Below, one piece after another: positions 12,201 to 21,830 of a stretch of DNA of 64,000 nt. The notes under the pieces were generated by a model. The model was not told where the DNA came from, ran no database searches, and was given only the letters and a program-made list of their open reading frames with translations. This DNA is from Harriotta raleighana. Taxonomy: Eukaryota. The first letter of the stretch is position 1, and each line of letters begins with the position of its first letter. A program made the position numbers and the translations under genes. Location of the stretch: positions 310,001 through 374,000 of the forward strand of contig JBNZDD010013726.1 of the NCBI GenBank assembly GCA_050575255.1, given 5' to 3'.

Positions 12201-15200
12201 AAGTCTAGAATGATCATTTATTCGCAACCATTGAATAAAGATATACCGAGATTCTAAACTGCCATTTCCCACATCCATATGAAAGGTTAGTTAAGACAAA
12301 CAGGACCTTGGTCTGAAGAGTTGAAGACAGTGTTAAAAATAAGTTTTTCTCACTCACTTTTAATGGTTTGAACCAGCTCTAATGCAGCTGCGCAAAGATC
12401 AAATAGCACCCTTGCATTTGCTCTTCATCATGTCTTTGAGGTATTTCAAATCGCTTCACAGAATATAGTGCAAAGTGAATTAACTGTATATCTATGGGCA
12501 AAACGCAACAGATAAATTGCACACAACAGTGTTCCACAAACAGTCGTGGATTGAATGACCAAATTATTATTTCCATTTTGTAAGCTGTCTTAAATCAAAG
12601 TAAGAGAGAGAGTACGCAAATATCTTGTTTGAAACTTTAAATAGTTTTAAAAGGAATTCAATCCTGGACCAATGTATATATTTCAGTTGTGTTTGCCGCA
12701 TTTCACCTACAAGTATACAGTCAATTCACTTTACAGTATATTCCGTGAAGCGCTTTGAGACGTCTAGAAGACGTGAAAAGCGCTATATCAAATGCAAGGA
12801 TTTTTTTAAAATGCAGAATTGAAACCATTGTACTCTGCCCAATGTGTTTCACTGTGTGTTGTCTGTGACAAGGCACAGCCTGGCTTTCCAGGTAGCTTCT
12901 TCCACAAGTTACCAGCCGCTCACAGTGTGTTATTTTTAGGAATAAAGCCTGAACCACGAATAATACCATGACCCTGGAAAAATAATTTTCTTATTTCAAT
13001 CAATAAAGAAATTAATACATATCCTCAAATGCTTCCCAACAGATATGTCTGAATATGTAGGTTTGTCCTCTGTGAACACCCATATCACCTCCTGCATTCA
13101 TAGTACGTCTTCCTGTCTGTTGTCTACACTCAACTGACAGATTCCTCCTTGAGCTGTCTTTGTGTTCTTCCTTTGGCTGTGCAACCAACACATATCCACA
13201 AGTATCAGCAGGAGAAAAAATATATTGGTAGATAAGCTATGATAAAATAATCCTTACATTTGGTATAGCAACTTATACCTGGGGAGGGTGTCCCAAAAAG
13301 CTTCACAGGCTATACTGTAGAGTGGAGTGACTTGCATTTTATGGGCTATTGTGATAGTTTATTGAATTATAGTCATAATGACTGATCTGGTCAGATGCCA
13401 ATGTCTTGGAATCGCTAACATACAGATAAAATAGGTTTCTTACCCGCGAGAACGTAAAGGTGGTTTCCTGCCTCTCCCTCCTGTATGACCATCTCATCCT
13501 GCTGGTAGATCTGTTCATATGCACATTCCACAATTTCCCGCACGTGCTGGAACTCCAGTTTTTTCAAGAAATCGTTACTCATTACTGCATCCGTTATCAA
13601 TTTCTTGGAGCTGCCAGATGTACCATACAGAACATTATTTGGATTACAAAGCAATGGATCAATATCCATAATTATCACTCTTGTCAATATAAATAGTGAC
13701 ACAAGCATTACTAATCTACAATACAATAATACCGGTTTTGTACTGTTGACCTTTCTAAAACATCCAGTTTCTCAAAATGTTTTACTTTCAATACATTATT
13801 TTCTTTCTCCAGTTGTGTGATGCATTAGTGTTCTCACCCAATAAAATAATACAACAGGCTTAAGCCTAACTCCTTTGATCCTTCTGACACATATCCACAA
13901 GTATCAGCAGGAGAAAAAATATATTGGTAGATAAGCTATGATAAAATAATCCTTACATTTGGTATAGCAACTTATACCTGGGGAGGGTGTCCCAAAAAGC
14001 TTCACAGGCTATACTGTAGAGTGGAGTGACTTGCATTTTATGGGCTATTTTTTTTCTAGACATCTCAAAAAGTTTCATAGGATATACTGTAAAATACCTA
14101 GTGTTCAGTGATTGTGTATTTGTAGGTAAATGTGGCAGGCAATGTGTACATACCAATGTTCCACAAAAACACAAAGGTAAATGATCAATTTTATCTGGGG
14201 GATTGTGGACCATGGTAATGGGATAAACTCCCTTTACTTTTTGAAAAGTGCATAGGATCTTTAATGTCAACCTGAATAGGAAGATAGAACCTCAGTTCAG
14301 CAATACTCCAGGGCTGATATGACCTTGGAAATAAAATAAATATCAACCTCCAGCTTTATGATTTACACCTATGACCCTCAACCACTGCCAATAGTTGTCA
14401 TGATTTTTGCATTGATTATGTTTAATAAGTGTAATTTCCATGACTATTATAGCAGAAATACTGTGAGGGGGCATTAACAGGAAATGGAAGAAAGATCCTG
14501 CTTGACAATGTCTCAAAACACAGACTGTAAGGCAAATAGGTAACTAGCAAATTCATTGTCTCATGTAGATGCGTGAAAGAAAAGTATTTCATCAGAAGTT
14601 TCCACAGTTGATGCAATCTCGTTGAATAATTGATTCATTTTGAACATCCCCCACATTTTAATTACGGATTGCCAATTAATTTGATTTGACAACTTTTCCG
14701 AATGACCTACTTATTCTCCCCCGTTCATTGTTCCAGACCAATTCGCACAAGAACTTTCTAAACCTTTTGCTGCTATGACTCCATTGTAAAAAAAAATCTT
14801 CCCATTGACACAGTGCTGTCTAGCTGCTGCCTTCCCAACACATGCTGACATTTTGAAAGCAGGAATTGTTTTTAGCCTGCAAGCCAAAAATGCCAGTTGG
14901 TGCAGGACCTTTCAAATAGTTTAAAGCTTATGCAAACTTTAACATCTTTATTACACCTGCTGGGGGTTTGTCAGATTACTGTCAGTTTCTACACAGCGGA
15001 AGCAAACTGGTCGCGTTTCCTGACTCAATGCTGCAGCCAGTAGTCGTGTACATAACAACCACCTGCTGGATATTTACTGATTGGCAGCAAATGAGGAAAT
15101 TGGCAGCAATCAACTCTAACACCAATGCTCCCAGTGAACTGCAGATACACTGTTCAGAACTGTGTATGCCTTTGACTAATTGATCAGGTGCCACCTTTAT

Positions 15201-18200
15201 CTACAGAAGTCAACCCATAAAATTTTCCATAGTTGACATTATCTATCCTGTTAATACAGGCTCACTGCGGATTCTACTGTCGGGTGCTTTTCAAGAGCTA
15301 AATGGTTCTTGAAAGCCATTTTTTTCCCCATGCATATTAATAATTTACTGCTTTGCTTTGGTGTAATCCTTTGTACAGTACGTCTGGTGAGGCTTTGTAC
15401 AGACTTCGAGACAACCAGGAGATTATATTAGGAGCATGACAGTCCCTGAAACACATGCATTAATACAGTGCCGAAATGAATACTTCCAAACTAGTGACTA
15501 TAACAACAACAAATTACATTCGTATAAAACCCTTCACATCAGAAAGACGTCCCAGGGCTAGTACTTGAAATACAAAGAAATGCTAAGATATTGATTCTGT
15601 GCATGAAACATTATCTTGAAAGCTGGGATGCAGATACAGAAGCCATGTTTACAGCTTTCTGACCATGCTTAATTTTGGATTGATATTAAAATGCAATACC
15701 CTCAGGGAGGTATTTCCTTATGGAAAGTGTGAGACATGCAAAAAATGAATGAAGGTCCGAAAAACCAAAAGTATCTTAAAATGGGGCTATACATTAGAGC
15801 CTCTTTTGGCCATTGAAAAACAGAATGAACAACCACAACTGCTGAGTGATAGTGAAATAAATATTTCTTAAGAGCCAGAATCAGGACTGAAGGTGTCAGA
15901 TATGATCATCGCCAAGTGAGCCACAGGAAGGGAAATTAGTCTGTTCTAGCAGGAGTAAAAGAGACTGGAATTAAAGTCAAGTGGATCAGTTTAAAAGGAC
16001 TCCATGTGAAAATTGAGACTAACTGTGGATTAAGGGATTTGTGTTTCAGAGCTTTGCAGCTGTGTGCCAAGAAAGGGTACAGAGGATAAATGGCTGGAAT
16101 GAGGTTGCACAAGAGGGAACTGTGAGAGCCATGAGAGAGACAAGAGAAGTAGTGGAAAATTCTACTACAATTATTCTTCATTTTTGGCAGATCATCATAA
16201 CAATTAATTGCTGACAAAATAGCATAAACTGAAGCTGAAACAATTTAAATCTCACTGCAACCATACTTCTGAAGCTTCCTGCAAGAGGTAACCTCAGGGA
16301 TGATGAAACTCACATACATGCAATAAAAATACGAATAAATATTAATAATAATACCCACATTGATATAGTTTCCAATACTTTAAGAACATTTCAAAGCACT
16401 TCCTAAATGATCTGTATAGTGTCTGTGTGTTTTGTGGACTCAATCTGGATTTTAATTATTATTCTTTAAACTCTGAATGATTCTGAATTATTTTACAAGG
16501 CTTATGGGATAGATAATACAGTGCTAGATTGTTATCAAAGAGCTAATTGTATGACTTTCCTAATAACTTTAACAGCAAGCACCCCATTTCACCAATGGGC
16601 ACATGTTCAGAATCCCCAAAACAAGCTTCTTTGAAATAACACATAAGCTCCAATTCGAAGTTACAGGAAACAAAGCACTATAAATCAAGCTTGCTGCTCC
16701 TGTTTACTGCACCGTTGGGAGTGAGTAGTCACTTCACTCCAGACGGACTCCCACAGCTTTAGAGATTCGGAGTGCTGCTGCTGGAATCCAAACAGCAGAC
16801 ACAAGAAAAGCAAAGGAACAATTGGTGGACAATATTTCGACGTTATTGTTAATGCACCCTTTTGCTGATGTACTGAGTTTTTGCTAATAAAGATTTCTTT
16901 CATTCAGTTTCCATGTCTTTGTCTGCAAATCATGCTGAGCGCAGCCACTCACCACATTGCAGTAAATAGCTGTGGAATACAATAGAACAGTTTATTTTGT
17001 TTTTAAGGGTAAGTTTAACTGGTTAACATGAAATGTTGCCACTGACGTATCAGCTATATCTCATTTAAACTACTGCCAAGGTCGAGAGAAGGTCGACTTT
17101 ACATTTTAAATAAAATAAATCTGGATTCTTGATTCTTTAAAAATTAGAGGCAGGAGAGTTAGAAGTGAGATCAGAAAACACATCATTCACAATGATGGCT
17201 CTGAAAATATAGAGTGCACTGTCCTAGATTGCTGTAGAGGCAGAAACTATTTGGATGTTTAAAAGAGGCATTAGTATGTAACACTCAATAAATGAATAGG
17301 GGCGAAAAAGTGGATGAATGGGTTTAAGAGAATTTAAAAAAAGGGAGTGAATGGTAACTGAAACCTTCAGTTGGACTTTATCTCATAAACCAGTGGAACA
17401 GGATTAATGGACTGAAGACCTTCTCTTCCTATGTTCCTGAAAGCTGTAAAAGGACGCAGAACTCAGAACAAATCATAAGTTCACTACTATGCAGTTGTAT
17501 ATTGATATTATTTTGCAAGGTTTATGGGATAGATAATGCAGTATTGGAATAAATCTGAAACTACTGTACCACTAGTGAGAAACCAGGAAATGCTCCCTGA
17601 AAGGGAGACATTTCTGTGCTGGATTTTTACTGAGATATATATGGGGTTTGTAGTGGAGATTTTAAAGTGTACATTAAATCCTGTTATGCAACTGTAACCA
17701 GTTATGCATGGCTGCACAAAAAGTCAAAGTTTCAGCTACCATTCACTCTCTCCACACACAAGGGGATTGCTTTGGCTTCTTACCTGGAGTTTTTCTGTAC
17801 TCGGGCCTTTTCGATGGAGAATTTTTGAACATTGTGAGAATAATAGTTCCTCGATGTGGGTTCTGCGGACACACCTTCCTTTGCTTTTAAACGTCGGTGG
17901 ATCTCAGTTGTCACCTTTTCAAATTGCTTTGGCCCTTCATTTATAACACTGATCAGCTTCTTTCGCTGACTTACCGATGGAGAAGGAGGAGCACTATTAT
18001 ACCCTATAGCATCTTGCAGTTTATCGATTTGAGAACATTTCGCTTTTAGTTCTTTCTCCAGCAACTTTATTGTACCATCTTTTTGCTTCAGTTGACCATC
18101 CTTGTTTTTCACCGCCTGCTCTAGGTCTTGAATTTTTCTCCTCAATTTCTCTAAGATTTCCAAAGTGGGATCCTTCCCACTCGAGGTGATCTCCTGAGGT

Positions 18201-18229
18201 CTCGGTGCTCTAACATTCCCGGTTCCCAT
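228..18229 (-). CDS. PRKG2: cGMP-dependent protein kinase II-like (PRKG2 family), spliced CDS of 17 exons, 3'-partial (last exon beyond the window)
   Basis: Exons join in frame (2175 nt) with GT-AG sites. The protein has N-terminal MG (myristoylation), a leucine zipper, pseudosubstrate [10 protein letters not shown], two cNMP pockets ([32 protein letters not shown]) and kinase motifs [29 protein letters not shown]. May be a paralogue rather than the orthologue. Confidence 0.93.
1268..1330 (-). CDS. PRKG2: PRKG2-like coding exon 16 ([21 protein letters not shown])
   Basis: 63 nt, ttgcag acceptor, gtaagc donor. Confidence 0.9.
1648..1770 (-). CDS. PRKG2: PRKG2-like coding exon 15 ([41 protein letters not shown])
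   Basis: 123 nt, AG/GT flanks, kinase C-lobe sequence. Confidence 0.9.
2423..2586 (-). CDS. PRKG2: PRKG2-like coding exon 14 (VDFGFAKK...[12 protein letters not shown]...DYWSLG)
   Basis: 164 nt, DFG and activation loop, inside ORF 2419..2619. Confidence 0.95.
2720..2845 (+). mobile_element. 3' fragment of the tRNA-derived SINE
   Basis: cccacaaaatatacagtcaat...gtgaagcgctttgagatg...atcaaatgcagggattattatt, matching the copy at 18832. Confidence 0.75.
3541..3850 (-). mobile_element. CR1-type LINE 3' end
   Basis: (aagaacat)n tail followed by aggagcaggagtaggccattcggcccttcgagcctg, recognised as a typical fish/chondrichthyan CR1 3' end. Confidence 0.7.
3989..4130 (-). CDS. PRKG2: PRKG2-like coding exon 13 (catalytic loop YRDLKPEN)
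   Basis: 142 nt, ttgcag acceptor, gtgcgc donor. Confidence 0.93.
4538..4627 (-). CDS. PRKG2: PRKG2-like coding exon 12 ([29 protein letters not shown])
   Basis: 90 nt, tggcag acceptor, gtgagt donor, hinge region. Confidence 0.93.
5793..6117 (+). mobile_element. tRNA-derived SINE, near full length
   Basis: A box tggctcagtgg, B box ggttcaattcc, body and tail as in the copy at 18832. Confidence 0.85.
6432..6568 (-). CDS. PRKG2: PRKG2-like coding exon 11 ([33 protein letters not shown]...)
   Basis: 137 nt, contains the ATP-binding lysine, AG/GT flanks. Confidence 0.93.
7360..7510 (-). CDS. PRKG2: PRKG2-like coding exon 10 (linker plus Gly-rich loop [11 protein letters not shown])
   Basis: 151 nt; the cctaag acceptor keeps the frame while the nearby aacag would not; gtaagt donor. 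Confidence 0.85.
7725..7823 (-). CDS. PRKG2: PRKG2-like coding exon 9 ([32 protein letters not shown])
   Basis: 99 nt, attcag acceptor, gttagt donor. Confidence 0.88.
8393..8461 (-). CDS. PRKG2: PRKG2-like coding exon 8 ([22 protein letters not shown])
   Basis: 69 nt, cNMP-B phosphate-binding cassette, gtaagt donor. Confidence 0.9.
9128..9222 (-). CDS. PRKG2: PRKG2-like coding exon 7 ([31 protein letters not shown])
   Basis: 95 nt, gtgcag acceptor, gtgcat donor. Confidence 0.9.
9925..10002 (-). CDS. PRKG2: PRKG2-like coding exon 6 ([26 protein letters not shown])
   Basis: 78 nt, start of cNMP-B. Confidence 0.92.
10065..10350 (-). mobile_element. L2 LINE 3' fragment
   Basis: ORF remnants ([25 protein letters not shown]; RSHLKIFLF) typical of the L2 ORF2 C-terminus, plus a tail. 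Confidence 0.7.
10571..10634 (-). CDS. PRKG2: PRKG2-like coding exon 5 ([21 protein letters not shown])
   Basis: 64 nt, ttctag acceptor, gtgagt donor. Confidence 0.9.
11441..11546 (-). CDS. PRKG2: PRKG2-like coding exon 4 ([34 protein letters not shown])
   Basis: 106 nt, AG/GT flanks, in frame. Confidence 0.9.
11654..11841. repeat. Minisatellite, about 8 copies of ttcactattacaagagagac (19/21/30-bp units)
   Basis: Directly visible tandem units; explains the repetitive ORF 11632..11853. Confidence 0.9.
11994..12107 (-). CDS. PRKG2: PRKG2-like coding exon 3 ([37 protein letters not shown])
   Basis: 114 nt, cNMP-A phosphate-binding cassette. Confidence 0.93.
12410..12560 (-). mobile_element. 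tRNA-SINE 3' half, reverse orientation
   Basis: Reverse complement of the SINE body and tail. Confidence 0.75.
12688..12800 (+). mobile_element. tRNA-SINE 3' fragment
   Basis: atacagtcaattcactttacagtatattccgtgaagcgctttgagacg...atcaaatgcaagg. Confidence 0.8.
13188..13350 (+). repeat. 163-bp direct repeat, copy 1
   Basis: Identical by eye to 13887-14049. Confidence 0.92.
13444..13610 (-). CDS. PRKG2: PRKG2-like coding exon 2 ([18 protein letters not shown]...[13 protein letters not shown])
   Basis: 167 nt, tggcag acceptor, gtaaga donor. Confidence 0.93.
13887..14049 (+). repeat. 163-bp direct repeat, copy 2 (runs into a minus-strand SINE that continues to about 14300)
   Basis: Identical by eye to 13188-13350. 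Confidence 0.92.
17140..17440 (+). mobile_element. Degraded CR1 LINE 3' end
   Basis: aaaattagaggcagg...gaaaacac...ttcaca...gtagaggcagaaact...tttaaaag pattern, ending in a cttcctatgttcct tail. Confidence 0.55.
17784..18229 (-). CDS. PRKG2: PRKG2-like coding exon 1 ([10 protein letters not shown]..., leucine zipper, autoinhibitory [10 protein letters not shown])
   Basis: ATG in a strong Kozak context (gcaccATGG); the exon probably starts at 18286 after the acceptor tttcaatag; donor CAG|gtaaga. Confidence 0.9.
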
Positions 18230-18831
18230 GGTGCCCTGATCAGTCATCCCAGGATACCTCTCAGGGCACACTCAATCGCTGGACCGCTATTGAAAGAAAT
18301 AATATGTACATTGCTCAAAACACTGACAGTTTATGAAGACTTCAATAGCAGGAATTCCACTCAAAAACTCTCCAAATATTATTTTCCTAAACTAGAGGTG
18401 CATTTTTTAAAAAAAAGAATAATTTTGCACTAAAAACTGCCCGAGTGTGCAGTGCAATGGAATAAGTGGATGTACCCGCAAAGCAGTGAGTACATGCTAT
18501 GGGCCATGCCACAATGGATTAGAAAAATCAGAGCAGAATGCAGCTTCTTCCACCTCTGCTATGTTTAAAATGGTGGATGCCTGGGATCACTTGGGATCAT
18601 TGAACAATTATGTAAAAAAAAGCATAAAACTACTGCATTAAGAAAGCATTAAACGAACTATTGATGCACTTCATGGAACCAGACCACTAAATAAAATCAA
18701 AATTTATTTAATTTTGAAGAAAACACAGAGACAATCCCATAAGAGGCCATCTTGGCCCCTCTGGCCAATACAAAAACTCATATTCGCATCTCTCCAATAT
18801 TCAGAATCTATTCTATGTCCACATAATATAT

Positions 18832-19136
18832 GGAGTCCTGTAGCTCAGTGGATAGTACACTTCCCTTACAAGTGAGGGACCTGGGTTAGATTCCAGGCAG
18901 GGCAAAATCACGCGCAAGTTTCCTCACTCCACAATCCTAATAATGATCCCTCAAAAAAAATTAATAAATTGGTTATTTTCAATCTTTGACTGTAGGACAC
19001 TGCAGTGTGTGATTGGCTGCCTCATTTCACCCACAAATATACAGTAAATTCACTTCACAGTATATTCTGTGAAGTGCTTTGGGATGTCTTGAAGATGTGA
19101 AAAGCGCTATATCAAATGCAAGGATTATTATTATTA
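18832..19136 (+). mobile_element. Full-length tRNA-derived SINE with an L2-like 3' tail
   Basis: Pol III A box tagctcagtgg (18841-18851), B box ggttagattcc (18883-18893), (att)n tail; roughly ten copies or fragments in the window. Confidence 0.88.
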
Positions 19137-20097
19137 TATGTTCATCTATCTCCCGTATTCCTATAGCCTCCAATAGTGTTCAGAAATAGTCACTTACTTC
19201 TTTTTTTGTTGAAGCCATCAAGAAAACCTGCAGAAAATGTATTTTTTTTTAGGTGTTTTATCATGAATTACAGGCAATGGTTGAAACTTTTTTAAAAAAA
19301 AGCAATGTTATTACTTTAACACCAACAGAAGCAATACATAAACCCAAGCTTGAGAAGCAAGCACATCAATTCTGCAAATCTTGCATCAACTCAAACACCA
19401 AAGAAGCTAAAGTATCACTTACTCCCATGTACGACTAAGTTATTTCAGTGCTGAATCTATTTTTGCAACACAATATAACAATGATGGATATTGTGTGAAC
19501 ATAATATAAATTGTAAAGTGGTTGTTTGGAGAATAGTGCACAAGCCCAGAACAGGACATTTGGGCCAATTCGTCTATGAGGATGTTTATGTTCCATATCA
19601 GTCTCTGTGTGGTCCCCATCCTCGCCTCTCAGCCCCTCTTATTCCCTTCTCCAATACTCCCTTTTCCCTGATGCATGTATGGAGTTTCCTCTTCAATGCA
19701 TTGATGCTTTCTGCTTCTACATTTTTACCATCCTCCGTTTAGAGTTAAACTATCTTAGATATATTAGAGGCTACTTTATATGTTTGGTCCTTGTTAAGTA
19801 TTCACCAACAAATGGAAACAGCTTTTATGTTTATCTTATTGACCCACTCCTCCCCTCATCATTTTAAGACAACTAGTTTCCCTCCCCCCAAACAATTTTC
19901 AAAACATATCCTGCAATGTAATATACTTCTCTCCCTCTCTCTCTCTTTATATATATATTTATTCAGCAAAACAACACATCCCAATTACCATTCGTAACAT
20001 TTAATCTAATTAAAGTTAGAGCAATATAGGAGGAAAATGAATGACACAGAGTAGTTCTATTCAAAATCATTATTAACAAAAAAAACAAGAACCTTAC

Positions 20098-20600
20098 TGA
20101 CGTGTTAATGAAAACCTTCAGCCTGAAAATCCGTTCGTTGAAAATCAATTGATGTGTTTATAACAAAAAAATAATAAGTGGACGAACAGACAGCCAGACC
20201 AGTTGGGTGCAGGAATCAATTTGATATTGAAAGCTTGTTTTACTCTGCCCCCCCTCCCCACCCCCCACTTTGAGTCCTGGGGGCTCCTGTGTGTGGATGT
20301 TTCGATCTTGAGCGATGAAATCAATTTGGTGTTTACAACCACAGCAGTTCCCCTGGGAATTGGAAGATTCATGAAGGAGGTTGATTTGGCTCTTTGTTAC
20401 CAGCTCCCTCTGGAGGATTCACAGACTCACAGTCCAAACAGTTTTCATCACGTTCAGAGCGAAAACCACAAAACACTCGTTGCATCCCAACAAACAGAAC
20501 AAGCCCGGCCAAGTAACCCAGAAATAAACAATCAAAGTATTGTATTGAAAAGGGTGTGTGTACGTTTAAAAAAAAGCACAGCCTGATGGCCAGCAGAATA
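20098..20600 (-). other. Candidate non-coding 5'UTR exon or promoter region of the PRKG2-like gene
   Basis: The first coding exon has an acceptor, so an upstream exon is needed. Donor-like TCA|gtaagg at 20098/20097 and a repeat-free, somewhat more GC/CpG-rich segment. The 5' boundary is a guess. Confidence 0.35.
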
Positions 20601-20789
20601 GTCTGACAACAATCCGTCCAACACAGAAAGTGACTGAACAGCTTTGAGACTCACTGCAGTCTCTCCTACATTGTTATCATTTTAGACCTAAGAACTAAAA
20701 AATAATAATAAACAATAGTTAGAGCTAAAGCTAATTTTTTTATAAAAAACAATTTTGCTGAATAGAAATATTTGATTTAATAATACTGT

Positions 20790-21130
20790 ACTGTAGTACC
20801 TTATCATATGGAAAGATCTCAAATTACTTGGTACAATGAGTAACTTGGTAATGTAGTGACTGTTACTTCAGAAAACATTGTGGCAAATATGGCCAGCAAT
20901 ACCTACAAATCAACTGGAAAGAATAAACTGCTTTTTTTTTCTGAATCCTCTGAGGAGCGAATATTGGTTAGGGCACTGTGGGAACTCCCAGTATTCTTCC
21001 ATGGGATCTTTAACAACCACATGAACTGACAGCCTCGACCTTGACTTAACATCTCATACAAAGAATTGCGCCCAAATGGTACAGCATTTCCTCAGTGTCG
21101 CATTACCCGGGTAATGATCTTGAGCTAGGT
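20790..21130 (-). mobile_element. Degraded Deu-domain SINE (AmnSINE1/SacSINE1-like)
   Basis: ccatgggatcttt...ttaacatctcat...cagcatttcctcagtg resembles the recalled Deu-domain consensus. Confidence 0.5.
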
Positions 21131-21569
21131 CATGATCTTGGAACATTTGTCAATCTGAGAACATCAGATCAATGACACCACCCCCAACCCCTCCCTAACA
21201 ATGAAACATTAGTTCTTGTCCATTCTGTGGCATAGGGTCATCTTTAGAAATCATTCAACCTCCAAGCCATAGTGAAAGTGGTCGTTATGGATGTACCTTT
21301 TGCCACTACACTCTTAATCTTTGGAACTCCCAGCCTGAACCTCTCAGCCTCACCTCCCTCTTTATCTTTAAATCATATACAAATACTGTACCTAGTTCTT
21401 CTGACTGTGTCTATGGTCACCTTTCAACCCTGCCAATCTACAGTGCTCTGACACTGTATACTGCATGAAGGGTGTTATACAAATGTGTTGTCTTTGACAT
21501 TGTTGTTGAAGTACGGGCACTTCTACTGCAATCTCAACACAGGCAATGTCTCGAAGAATCTGTAGTGTT

Positions 21570-21830
21570 CTCGAATTCAAGATCCTCGTCCTCACTTTCA
21601 AGGCCATTCACAGCCTTTCCCCCGCCTGTCTCTCTGATCTGCTGTCTCCCTACCAGCCTGCACTCACCCTCCGTTCAGCAGACTCAGGCCTGCTCCGCGT
21701 CCACCGCCCTAACCACCCAACCATCGGTGGCTGGGTTTTCAGCCTCTGCCCCACACTTTGGAACTCCATCCCGCAGTCCCTCCATCTTGCTTCCTCCCTT
21801 TCCTCCTCTTCGACCGCGCCCCCCTAACTT
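21570..21830 (+). mobile_element. L2 LINE ORF2 C-terminal fragment
   Basis: FKILVLTFKAIHSLSPACLSDLLSPYQPALTLRSADSGLL...PTLWNSIP. Confidence 0.85.

Noticed and set aside
18832-18905. tRNA gene
   Set aside because: The A and B boxes belong to a SINE head that continues into a repeated body and tail; no full cloverleaf is evident.
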